The notes: a model not told the origin generated them from the sequence alone. A DNA stretch of 64,000 bases from Candidatus Babelota bacterium (GCA_965658655.1 CBFHTA010000001.1:328722-392721); one strand, 5' to 3'. Positions 19,737-28,179 are shown, counted from the stretch's first letter. Translations and numbers: made by a program.

Positions 19737-19830
19737 AGTGTTCCTTAGAGTTCTTTACACACGTCTTTTTTGTTGTATATACCCAAGTGAAGTGTTTTTT
19801 ATTTTTACCACAAATTACAAGGAGTGGCTA

Positions 19831-20802
19831 ATGAAGCAGGTAATACAGGCCGTTACAGCTTTAATAGGAATAAGTTTTTTGACTACATCTGTTTATGCGC
19901 GGCCCCCTATGCTGGGTAAGTTTTTTAAGAATTCAGTAGTGGTTGCACAGAGTTTTTCTTCTCAAGCAAGAAAAGCAAAAGTAGCTCATGTAGATATGGG
20001 AGGTACCCGTGGAGACAGCTATTGTAGTCAATCTCTTAAGGCATTTGAGGAGGCAGTTGAGTCATTAAATGTTGAAAAAGAAAATGTGCACAATCTCATT
20101 TATGATAAAATGGGAATGCCTAAAAAAACACATTTAAGAGAAATTTTGTTTAGCGATCAAGGCATTGATTTATTTGCCGAAGTAAATGGTCGTTATCCTC
20201 AAGAAGCTGATCTAGATAATGCTTATAAAGTTTTTGTGAAAGTGCAACGTGAATTGTTAAAAGACGGTTATCCAATTATTCCAGGATATGCTCAAGCAGA
20301 AAAAGAGATGAGAGACATGGGTTTATCTATTATTGGAACCACTGATTATGATTCAGACTTAAGAGATTGTACAGATTTGTGGCTGAGGTATCAAGGTTCA
20401 GATGTAGATGATTCTATTACCCCAGAAGAAGCTGGTGGAGGTGGTTGGCCGTCTCCGGAGCAAATTTTTGAGGTTATGAAAAAAGCGTATAAATTACGCG
20501 GAGAATTTGTAAAGCCACATGAAATCGTAACGTTTGATGATACTTCCGCGGGAATAGAGGCAGGGCGCAACGCAGGAACCTGGTGTGTGGGTATCGCAGG
20601 AACAAGTATTTTGCAAAATCAATATCCAGGAGATTTTACAACCATTAGTAAAGTATTATTAAGAGCTGGAGCACATTTTGTTATTGATTCGGTTAGAGAG
20701 GCGCCGGACGTAGTGCAAGATATTAATATTTTTATGGAAGATCCATTAATGAGCCCCGAGACGTTTGTTGCACGTTTAATTCAAAAAGAAGAGAGTGATT
20801 GA
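19831..20802 (+). CDS. Phosphonoacetaldehyde hydrolase (PhnX)-like HAD enzyme with signal peptide
   Basis: Start at ATG 19831 (AAGGAG RBS); DMGGT..D..S, MGMPKKTHLR, F...NGRYP.E.D, DDTSAGIEAGRNAGTWCVG, AGAHFVIDS. Confidence 0.82.
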   Translation: MKQVIQAVTALIGISFLTTSVYARPPMLGKFFKNSVVVAQSFSSQARKAKVAHVDMGGTRGDSYCSQSLKAFEEAVESLNVEKENVHNLIYDKMGMPKKTHLREILFSDQGIDLFAEVNGRYPQEADLDNAYKVFVKVQRELLKDGYPIIPGYAQAEKEMRDMGLSIIGTTDYDSDLRDCTDLWLRYQGSDVDDSITPEEAGGGGWPSPEQIFEVMKKAYKLRGEFVKPHEIVTFDDTSAGIEAGRNAGTWCVGIAGTSILQNQYPGDFTTISKVLLRAGAHFVIDSVREAPDVVQDINIFMEDPLMSPETFVARLIQKEESD

Positions 20803-20843
20803 CTGAGAGAGGTATCTATTTAGGCTTTCTATAAGAGGTATTG

Positions 20844-20875
20844 ATGGGGTGCGTCTTTGCGTACTTCATTTTTTT
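20844..20875 (+). terminator. Intrinsic terminator
   Basis: atggggtgcgt-cttt-gcgtacttcat then T run. Confidence 0.65.
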
Positions 20876-20881
20876 GATGAT

Positions 20882-20910
20882 TTTACCTTTTTCTTTTCTG
20901 AGACTATAAT
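20882..20910 (+). promoter_or_regulatory. Putative sigma70 promoter
   Basis: TTTACC-17 bp-TATAAT, 40 bp upstream of ATG 20951. Confidence 0.5.
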
Positions 20911-20950
20911 GAAAGTTATTTATTATTTATAAAATGGGAAGGAGTGGTTC

Positions 20951-21634
20951 ATGCAACTACTAAGGTTAGCTCTAATTTTATTATTGAGTCCTCAATTATT
21001 AATCACAAAAGAGTCTGAGACTATTGAGATTTCAGAGAAGAATAATTATACCAGAAATCAGAGTATTGATGGATTTAAAACGGCATTGAGATCTTTGGGT
21101 ATTGACCCAGAAGTGAGAGGAATCGAGCGAATACTCGCTGATTATTCCAGTACAGCAGACAAAAGAAATTTCCTTGAAAAGCTTGTAATGAGCGCTGAGG
21201 GTAGTGCTCAATTTCAAAAGAAGAATGGCAGAAAACCAACCAATTCTGATGTTGAATCTGCATATGAGGTCTTGCTTGGTCATTACGAAACAGTTGCTCA
21301 AAAGGTTTGCGTTGCTGCTGAAAATGAAACTATAGAGGGGGGTTTAAAGGCCATATCGAATGGTAATATTGCCTCTCAATTATTATATTCTGCTACTCAT
21401 GGATATAATAATTTAAAATCCGGATGTTCACATGATTTAACGCATGCACATCATCATGGGCATAATCACCGTCATTCAGAAGGGGAAGATGGTCTTTCTA
21501 GTGCCCATAAATGTTCGCATGGCCATGGTTCTCATGAACATCATAATCATCACCATAACCACCATCACGACCATACACGTGCGTCTGGTAGTGTTGATGT
21601 TGTAATAGGTTGCGCTTGTTCACAGTGTGGATAA
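20951..21634 (+). CDS. Secreted protein: PhnX-cap-like domain plus His-rich/CxCxxC tail
   Basis: Signal peptide, AAGGAG RBS; residues ~38-110 align by eye to the cap of the upstream gene; HAHHHGHNHRH…HHNHHHNHHHDH…CACSQC. Confidence 0.75.
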   Translation: MQLLRLALILLLSPQLLITKESETIEISEKNNYTRNQSIDGFKTALRSLGIDPEVRGIERILADYSSTADKRNFLEKLVMSAEGSAQFQKKNGRKPTNSDVESAYEVLLGHYETVAQKVCVAAENETIEGGLKAISNGNIASQLLYSATHGYNNLKSGCSHDLTHAHHHGHNHRHSEGEDGLSSAHKCSHGHGSHEHHNHHHNHHHDHTRASGSVDVVIGCACSQCG

Positions 21635-22357
21635 CAAGTAAAGAGCTAATGATCCTGCAATAGCAGCATTTAAGCTTTCTGTGTTTTTATTCATGGGTAA
21701 TGTAATGTGCGTTTTGCAATCAGCAATTTGATCTGGTGAAAGACCATGTGCTTCGTTGCCCACAACTAATAAAAGATTCTTGTTTGATTTAAGATTTTGT
21801 GGAGGTTGTCCACCCTTTACCACTAACGCACAAAGTGTAAAATTCTGTGTGTTCTTAATGAGTTGTTTCCAAGACCATTGTAGGATTATAAGGTGAGCTA
21901 CAGCTCCAGCAGATGCTTGAATTACTTTAGGAGAAAAAGGATCGCAACCATCAACAATAACTGCGCTTTTAGATCCAAACGCTGCGGCTGAACGAAGCAA
22001 TGTCCCCATGTTTCCAGGATCAGTAATATTAGAAAGAACGAGCCCAGAGTAAACAGTACTGCTTGATTTTGGATAAGAAAAAACAGCAACTATGCCACTT
22101 GGGGTCGTTGCGGCACTAATTTTTGCCATAACATGATTAGAAACTATAATTGGTTCTTGTTTAAAAAGATTTTGGGCATCTTCTGCCATCTGTTCTGTAG
22201 TAAAAAGTTCTATTGGACTCCAGTTGTTGTATGCGAAGCTTTTGAGCACTCGGGTACCTTCGGCTAAAAACTTTTTTTGTTCTTTACGGCCTTTAGAGGA
22301 GTGGAGTTTAGTAATGGTTTTTATAAGTTCATTTTGAACTGATGTTATATTTTTCAT
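21620..22357 (-). CDS. TrmH/SpoU family RNA 2'-O-methyltransferase
   Basis: ITSVQN, AEG, DPGNMGTLLRSA, VGNEAHG, ESLNAAIA. Confidence 0.93.
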   Translation of the reverse strand: MKNITSVQNELIKTITKLHSSKGRKEQKKFLAEGTRVLKSFAYNNWSPIELFTTEQMAEDAQNLFKQEPIIVSNHVMAKISAATTPSGIVAVFSYPKSSSTVYSGLVLSNITDPGNMGTLLRSAAAFGSKSAVIVDGCDPFSPKVIQASAGAVAHLIILQWSWKQLIKNTQNFTLCALVVKGGQPPQNLKSNKNLLLVVGNEAHGLSPDQIADCKTHITLPMNKNTESLNAAIAGSLALYLLSTL

Positions 22358-22375
22358 AGAGCCTTAGTATAACAG

Positions 22376-22882
22376 TTACCAGTAATAGTTGTAGTAGGGT
22401 CTATTACCATATGGTCCCCAACCTCCCCAAGGGGTATAAAATGGATCAGAACTCATGTAATAGTATCCACGTTGACGATAGCCAAAGCCAAAGCCAAAAG
22501 AGACATTGGGGCCAACGTTTACCTCTGGTCTTCGATCTTTAATATCAATTACTTTTTCTTCTAAAGAGCCATCTTCATCGTAAAAGTTGAGGATTACAAT
22601 ACCGTCTTCCATACCGGTTATTTCGTGCTTACCATCCTCTATTTCGGTAATGTATACCTTACCATTACTTTTAGGGTTTACAGTAATAGTGTTGTAGCCA
22701 CGTATAGTTTTGCTTTTGCCCACACGAATATTTTTGAGGCTTCTTAGGTTAGAACGAGATTTTCGTTTTCCCCTTTTCTTTTTTGTAGAGGAAGTTTTAG
22801 AAGTAGAAAAAAGGCCTGTATATGTTTTTTCTACATAGCCTAATGCCAGCAATGTAATAAGTGTGAAATAAATTTTTTTCAT
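22376..22882 (-). CDS. Secreted protein with basic patch, Ig-like beta domain and Gly/Tyr/Trp-rich tail
   Basis: GGAGGT RBS, ATG 22882, signal peptide, KKKRGKRKSR, EITGMEDGIVILNFYDEDG, SFGFGFGY…PWGGWGPY…YYW. Confidence 0.75.
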   Translation of the reverse strand: MKKIYFTLITLLALGYVEKTYTGLFSTSKTSSTKKKRGKRKSRSNLRSLKNIRVGKSKTIRGYNTITVNPKSNGKVYITEIEDGKHEITGMEDGIVILNFYDEDGSLEEKVIDIKDRRPEVNVGPNVSFGFGFGYRQRGYYYMSSDPFYTPWGGWGPYGNRPYYNYYW

Positions 22883-22897
22883 TCTAACCTCCACTTA

Positions 22898-22946
22898 AAA
22901 AATGGGCCCCAACTTTTTCCTTTTTTAATTAAAGTTCAAGGCCCAA
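22898..22946 (-). terminator. Terminator-like hairpin
   Basis: Minus strand gggccttgaacttt…aaagttggggccc followed by atttttt. Confidence 0.55.
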
Positions 22947-22975
22947 ATTTTATAAGACTTATGATTAATTAATTC

Positions 22976-23359
22976 TTATAATGATGCTGCGGTTAAAGTG
23001 CTCATTTTTTCGTTTAAATCTTTGCTTGGTTTAGATCCCCCCTTATATTGTTTTGCAAGTTTTTTTGTTGCAGTAAAAGCTTTACTTACTGCATCTTTCA
23101 CAACGGCATCTTTTATATCTGAGTGGCTCGCTGTTGCCTTTGCATCATTGCAAGCATCATAAGCTCTTTTTTGCTCTTGAGTTTGAGGAAGGCTGCTAAT
23201 TGTTTGTTGTAGTTTTGTTACCGCGCTAAACACCTTGTCTTTGTGGTCCTTGTCCTTATTCAGATGTCCTAGATGGTATGATGCATGCATAACATCTTTG
23301 TTAGCTTGAATTGTTACTGCACTTACTAATAATGTAATTGCTAATAGTTGTTTCTTCAT
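22976..23359 (-). CDS. Secreted helical hypothetical protein
   Basis: MKKQLLAITLLVSAVTIQA signal peptide, AAGGAG RBS. Confidence 0.8.
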   Translation of the reverse strand: MKKQLLAITLLVSAVTIQANKDVMHASYHLGHLNKDKDHKDKVFSAVTKLQQTISSLPQTQEQKRAYDACNDAKATASHSDIKDAVVKDAVSKAFTATKKLAKQYKGGSKPSKDLNEKMSTLTAASL

Positions 23360-23978
23360 TTCAATCTCCTTTTTAGTTACGGTTAATTAATTCTTATTTT
23401 TGTAATTCTGTTACTATCGATTGTAATTTTTTAGCATTATCGTTAAGAGTTTTTGCGGCAGGTAATGATTTAACTGTACTTATCTTTTGTATATTATTAT
23501 TAGCACGTTGTGTGTAAGTATTTGTCTCTGTAATTCCTGTAGCAATCTTTGAAACGTCACCTTCCTCTAGAGCCATAGATAACGGTATAGTATTTGTCGT
23601 GATTGACATAAGAGAAAGAAAAGCCTTCACGTTGGATATTTTTTGTAGTTCTTTTATTTTCATTAGAATCTCTGTCGCTTCTTTGATAGCTTTCAAGATA
23701 GGTTTTAAATTGGCTTTATATTCTGCAAGACCTTTTTTTAACGCAGCTTCTGCATTTTTTAAGTCTTGCGCAATAGTAGCGGCACCTTTCTGTGCGGCTG
23801 TTTCTACGCCATGTATGTCTCCTTCTCCCTTGTTCTTCAAATGCTGATAATCGTGAACTGGATTAAGATCATGCCAGTGAAAATCAGCATTTATTTGTGT
23901 TCCACCGACTAGCAGTGTGATAATTAATAGTTGTTTCTTCATTTCAATCTCCTTTTTAGTTACGGTTAATTAATTCTT
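23342..23978. repeat. 54-bp perfect direct repeat (23342-23395, 23925-23978) covering intergenic DNA, RBS and first 6 codons
   Basis: taatagttgtttcttcatttcaatctcctttttagttacggttaattaattctt x2; 14-bp partial copy at 22965-22978. Confidence 0.95.
23394..23942 (-). CDS. Secreted helical hypothetical protein
   Basis: MKKQLLIITLLVGGTQINA signal peptide, AAGGAG RBS. Confidence 0.8.
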   Translation of the reverse strand: MKKQLLIITLLVGGTQINADFHWHDLNPVHDYQHLKNKGEGDIHGVETAAQKGAATIAQDLKNAEAALKKGLAEYKANLKPILKAIKEATEILMKIKELQKISNVKAFLSLMSITTNTIPLSMALEEGDVSKIATGITETNTYTQRANNNIQKISTVKSLPAAKTLNDNAKKLQSIVTELQK

Positions 23979-23987
23979 TGTTCTTAT

Positions 23988-24596
23988 TCATTTCTCATCT
24001 TTTTTGTTTTCTGTCTCTTTTACTTTAATAGAAACTGTTTTGCCTTCTTTATCTTTTAAAATTGCATCTTCTTTTCCATAATCAATAGCTTTAATCTTTA
24101 ACACTTTATATTTTCTCTTATCACTTCCTGTCAGGGTGATATTTTTTGTTCTTATGCTTCCAGCTTCATGTTCATGCTTATTGTCTTGATGAAATTCATT
24201 GCCCGGAGTAATTTTAAAGTATTTCTTTTCGCCTTCTTCCATTGTTATATGTGAAGGAAGGGCTTTGGCAGCTACAATAATAGTATAGCCTTTGCGTTTT
24301 TTGGTTTCGCTTTTTTTCGAGTTTTTATTTACTATTTCAATAAAGGCTTTTCCTGCTTTATGGGCTGTAACTTCCCATTTTTTGTGGTCGACTTTTTTTA
24401 CAGAAGCAATGTTTGAATTGCCAGAAACAAGAACTTTGTTTTTTCCAGGTTTAAATCTTTTGGTTTGTTCTGGTACCATGATTGAGTTTTTTGAGCTAGC
24501 TTTTTGAAAAGCAATATAAGCACCAAGAATTATAAATTGAGTGGTTCCTATGTATCCTGCCAATGCTAATGCAATAATTAATATTTTTTTGCTCAT
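23988..24596 (-). CDS. Exported protein with two Ig-like (Big_2 / pilus-secretin N-terminal type) repeats
   Basis: Long hydrophobic N-terminus; VSGNSNIASV…WEVTAHKAGKAFIEI and LKIKAIDYGKEDAILKDKEG. Confidence 0.65.
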   Translation of the reverse strand: MSKKILIIALALAGYIGTTQFIILGAYIAFQKASSKNSIMVPEQTKRFKPGKNKVLVSGNSNIASVKKVDHKKWEVTAHKAGKAFIEIVNKNSKKSETKKRKGYTIIVAAKALPSHITMEEGEKKYFKITPGNEFHQDNKHEHEAGSIRTKNITLTGSDKRKYKVLKIKAIDYGKEDAILKDKEGKTVSIKVKETENKKDEK

Positions 24597-24616
24597 TTTA
24601 TTTCCTTCCTTTTGGC

Positions 24617-25015
24617 TTATTTAATAGTTATTTTTATTCTTTTAAAGAGTACGGCCCGAGATTGTATTGGTCTTTTGTATTTTTTAGTTAAATAGTTACT
24701 TATTCTTCTTTTTAATCTTTTATTGTGAGTAATAGTCAAAGTGTATTCTCCAGCGCTAGGAGCTTTGAATTTTAAAATGTTTGCAGTGCAAATACCTTGT
24801 GAGATTACTTTTCCATTCTTATTTTTGAGCTTATAATAGGTTTTAAATTGATTGTTATCAACAAGATTGCTATAAACACCTAATATTTTCTTTGCATTAA
24901 GTGCATAGTTACGGCCTGCCTCAAACCCTGTCATTAAGTTGACCTGTTTAATTCTGTTGGTTGCGTGTATGTTTACGCTTACTAGCGTACATAGGGCTAT
25001 TAAAACCTTTTTCAT
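24617..25015 (-). CDS. Secreted basic beta-rich hypothetical protein
   Basis: MKKVLIALCTLVSVNIHA signal peptide, GGAG RBS; FKAPSAGEYTLTIT beta-sandwich-like motif. Confidence 0.72.
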   Translation of the reverse strand: MKKVLIALCTLVSVNIHATNRIKQVNLMTGFEAGRNYALNAKKILGVYSNLVDNNQFKTYYKLKNKNGKVISQGICTANILKFKAPSAGEYTLTITHNKRLKRRISNYLTKKYKRPIQSRAVLFKRIKITIK

Positions 25016-25129
25016 GTTGATCTCCATTTAACCCTAAATTTTCCATTAATACTAAACTAACAAATCTGAGAATTGAAAATCAAGGATAATTTGTCTTAGA
25101 GCCTATATTGATTCTTTTTGGGCTTAAAT

Positions 25130-25447
25130 TTAAATCTCTATGCTGACATGAAATAGAGATTTAAATTCATCTTTTAAGGTTTTTTTGAAAAGGGCAAAAG
25201 TTCCTTCGGGAGCTCCAGACTTAGGTTTTATAGTGCAAGAATGAATGTGTTGATCTTGTAAAGAGTCGACTGGCTTGCAAGAAATTTTAAGATAATCTTC
25301 GTTCTGTTTGTGGACGCCAATAGGTCGTTTCCTATGGGGAGAAACTAAAGAAAATGTATGAGGATTATCACGAGAAATATTAATTACTTTTGCGTGAACT
25401 GATCCTGTTATTATAAGCATTGTAATTACAATAAATTTATTTTTCAT
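25130..25447 (-). CDS. Secreted hypothetical protein
   Basis: MKNKFIVITMLIITGSVHA signal peptide, GGAGG RBS. Confidence 0.72.
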   Translation of the reverse strand: MKNKFIVITMLIITGSVHAKVINISRDNPHTFSLVSPHRKRPIGVHKQNEDYLKISCKPVDSLQDQHIHSCTIKPKSGAPEGTFALFKKTLKDEFKSLFHVSIEI

Positions 25448-25553
25448 CTCTCCCTCCATTTTTTAGATGCTAACGAGCGTTAACATAAAACCATATGTAT
25501 TTATTATAATGCTACAGGATCGTATTATTCAAGGTTTTTTAAAAAAGAAATTT

Positions 25554-26684
25554 TTAAATTTCGTCATTAAGAATTTTTGACCTTAAATTCTCCATATATT
25601 TCATCATAAAATGAATATTATGAATACTCGCAAGGTGATAGGCGGTTAATTCATGGGCCTTGAACAGGTGCCTAAGATAAGCAATGGTATAGTTTTTACA
25701 GGTATAACAGGCACAGTCTTTTTCGATAGGTTTAAAAATATTTTGGTATTTTGAGTTTAAAAGTTTAATAGATCCTTGCAGTGTAAAAAGTGTTGCGTGC
25801 CGAGCGCATTTGGTTGGGTAAGAAGAATCCATGGTATCTACGCCTAGTTTTACCACAGGTTCGATTGAGGTTAAATCTCCAATACCCAATAAATGGTTTG
25901 GTTTTTCGGAAGGTAAAAACGCCATCATTTTTGTGAGCATCTCAAACATTTGAGTATGATTTTTGCCGAGAGACCCACCAATTGCATGACCATCAAAATC
26001 AAGGTTACCTAAAATTTTACAACTTAACTCGCGTAGTTCAGGGTCAATACCACCATGAATTACCGAATACATTGCCTGCTGGTTTCTGTTTTTTAAATGA
26101 TGATTCAAAGAACGTTCTTCCCAGCGATGAGTTCGGTCGAACGAATGTTTAAGTTTATGAGGATTTGTGTGGTACGGAGGAAGTTCATCAAAAGGAATAA
26201 TAATATCTGCACCTAGATTTTTTTGTGCTTGAACAGATGTTTCTGGTGTAAGTAGAATTTTTTCTCCATCACGATACGATCTAAATAAAACACCGTCTTC
26301 ATTGATTTTAAGAACACTGTTTGATGTTTGCTTTTGCCCCTTGCTCTTAATTTCACTTGTTACACCGCCATACATTAAACTAAAAACTTGGAAACCGCCG
26401 GAGTCAGTTATAATTGGTTGCTTACGATTCATAAATTTATGCAAACCGCCAGCTTCTTTAATAAGTTGTGTTCCTGGATGCAGCATAAGGTGGTAAGTGT
26501 TGCAGAACATAAGTTGCACATTAAGTTGATCAACCAATATACTATCGAGTGCTTTCATGGTTGCGTTTGTACCAACAGGAACAAAATTAGGAGTTTCAAT
26601 AATGCCATGTGGTGTATGAATCTTACCAACACGAGCTTTAGATTTTTTAGATTGGTGGATGAGTTCAAATGTAAAGAAAGACAC
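25554..26684 (-). CDS. tgt: tRNA-guanine transglycosylase, chlamydial-type
   Basis: TPNFVPVGT, CNTYHL, TDSGGFQVFSL, GADII..FDEL, HGG, HLLGIG, CACYTC…H zinc site. Confidence 0.96.
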   Translation of the reverse strand: MSFFTFELIHQSKKSKARVGKIHTPHGIIETPNFVPVGTNATMKALDSILVDQLNVQLMFCNTYHLMLHPGTQLIKEAGGLHKFMNRKQPIITDSGGFQVFSLMYGGVTSEIKSKGQKQTSNSVLKINEDGVLFRSYRDGEKILLTPETSVQAQKNLGADIIIPFDELPPYHTNPHKLKHSFDRTHRWEERSLNHHLKNRNQQAMYSVIHGGIDPELRELSCKILGNLDFDGHAIGGSLGKNHTQMFEMLTKMMAFLPSEKPNHLLGIGDLTSIEPVVKLGVDTMDSSYPTKCARHATLFTLQGSIKLLNSKYQNIFKPIEKDCACYTCKNYTIAYLRHLFKAHELTAYHLASIHNIHFMMKYMENLRSKILNDEI

Positions 26685-26687
26685 GGA

Positions 26688-27362
26688 TTAATCCTTACCT
26701 TTCGGGATAAGGTATTTGTGGCAAAGTGAAATGCAAGGCACCGCAATAGAAATTGCAATAACTTTTACAATGTAGCTAAAAACAATAATATTACCAATAT
26801 TAGCCACATTGCCGTAAAGGCCTAAGAAAGCAAAAAGGATAGTATCTGCCAATTGTGCAATCAGAAGTGCACCCATAGATTTAATATAAAAATATCCGTC
26901 ACCCAATTTTTTAGTAAATATATTAAAGAGTCCAAGGTTAATAGATTTACTGATAGCTGATACTATAAATGATGCAATAATAATTCGTGGCATAAAGCCA
27001 AGAAGATAATCGTAATGGATAGATGACGTATCGTGTGTATTAGGAATATACATAATTAAAAATTGAGAAACGATTAAGAAAAAAATGGCAGTATAGATTC
27101 CTACTCCAATAGAGCGCTTTGCTTCTTTCTGCCCATAGTATTCACGTAGTAAGGTAACGCCCATATTCGAACCAATAGCAAATACGTCTGAGGTAACTAC
27201 GTCAAGACCAAAGAGGGTTACTTCTTTAACTACAAATAGATTTCCGAGTACCCAAGCAACCGAAGTAAAAGCATAAAGAGCTCCGGATCCAAAAAATACG
27301 GCACCAATGGCAAAGCCAGATACCAGAATACTCTGAGTGACAAATAATATCTCGTTCCACAT
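26688..27362 (-). CDS. yhhQ: Queuosine precursor transporter (YhhQ/Vut_1)
   Basis: GNLFVVK, LREYYGQKEAK, PRIIIAS, QLADT..F..L..YG; directly upstream of tgt; start moved to MWNEIL (AAGGA RBS). Confidence 0.85.
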   Translation of the reverse strand: MWNEILFVTQSILVSGFAIGAVFFGSGALYAFTSVAWVLGNLFVVKEVTLFGLDVVTSDVFAIGSNMGVTLLREYYGQKEAKRSIGVGIYTAIFFLIVSQFLIMYIPNTHDTSSIHYDYLLGFMPRIIIASFIVSAISKSINLGLFNIFTKKLGDGYFYIKSMGALLIAQLADTILFAFLGLYGNVANIGNIIVFSYIVKVIAISIAVPCISLCHKYLIPKGKD

Positions 27363-27626
27363 AAGCAATATCCTTGAAAAAGAGTGTGTTAACAGTATAT
27401 CTTGTATATTACTTAATTGAAGGGTTACCGGGGGGAAACTCAAGAAAAAAGGTTCATTTTTTTTGAATCTTCCTTTTTTAAGCTTATTGGGGTCTCCTCT
27501 TATTGATTTCAGTGGAGAGATCATGAAGCAAAAAGCCTTACTTTTCTTTTTTTTAAAAAATCTTCATGAGACAACTGTTGTTTAAATGGGATGAGTTTTA
27601 ATTAAAATCCAGTTAGGGGGACGAAT

Positions 27627-27848
27627 ATGAAGCGATTACTATTTTTATTATTGACTATGAGTCTGCCGATACAGACAAATCATTGGTTAGAAAGTACTGA
27701 TGAACGAATTTCATATGAATGTGTTCATTGTGAAGAACCATTGTCTCGATCTGAAGTTTCACTTGCTTTGTTAACAGCTATTCACCAAGAGCCACCAACT
27801 TTTATCTGTGACAAATGCAGAAATAAGTTGGAAAAAGTAGAAGATTAA
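27627..27848 (+). CDS. Small secreted zinc-ribbon-like protein
   Basis: Signal peptide, CVHC and CDKC pairs, AGGGGG RBS. Confidence 0.65.
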   Translation: MKRLLFLLLTMSLPIQTNHWLESTDERISYECVHCEEPLSRSEVSLALLTAIHQEPPTFICDKCRNKLEKVED

Positions 27849-27862
27849 GGAGGTTTATTGTA

Positions 27863-28162
27863 ATGAAAATCTATGTAGGTATTTTATTGTTTTCGATCAC
27901 GTTACTTCATTCTGGAAGTCAGGAAGAAGAATCTCATGAAGAAGCAATTTTAAACGAACTTGTTAACCAACACTCTAGTGAGAATGATTATCAAGAAATA
28001 TTTAAGTTGTATTTTCAAATGTATTCAGAATGGTTAAAAAGAGAAAATATTTCAAACGAAGATAAAAAAAAATATACTCAACTAGTTCAGCATGGAAAGA
28101 ATCAAATAAAACGTTACCAAAAACGCCTTGATAAAGCCCGGGTTGATCAAGTGCAATCTTAA
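27863..28162 (+). CDS. Secreted helical hypothetical protein
   Basis: AAGGAGG RBS, signal peptide. Confidence 0.7.
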   Translation: MKIYVGILLFSITLLHSGSQEEESHEEAILNELVNQHSSENDYQEIFKLYFQMYSEWLKRENISNEDKKKYTQLVQHGKNQIKRYQKRLDKARVDQVQS

Positions 28163-28179
28163 TAAAGTTCTCGAGAATA

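Noticed and set aside
19588..19830. 81-aa N-terminal extension of the PhnX-like ORF
   Set aside because: It overlaps the divergent APC permease; the AAGGAG RBS and signal peptide support ATG 19831.
21626..21634. Perfect DnaA box TGTGGATAA (also 58476-58484); oriC near mnmG
   Set aside because: The boxes are isolated and inside coding DNA, and no cluster was seen in intergenic regions around mnmG.
27363..27530. preQ1 riboswitch upstream of yhhQ, and the 54-aa longer ORF start
   Set aside because: No preQ1-I stem-loop plus A-tail consensus was found; the extension is non-homologous and an RBS supports ATG 27362.
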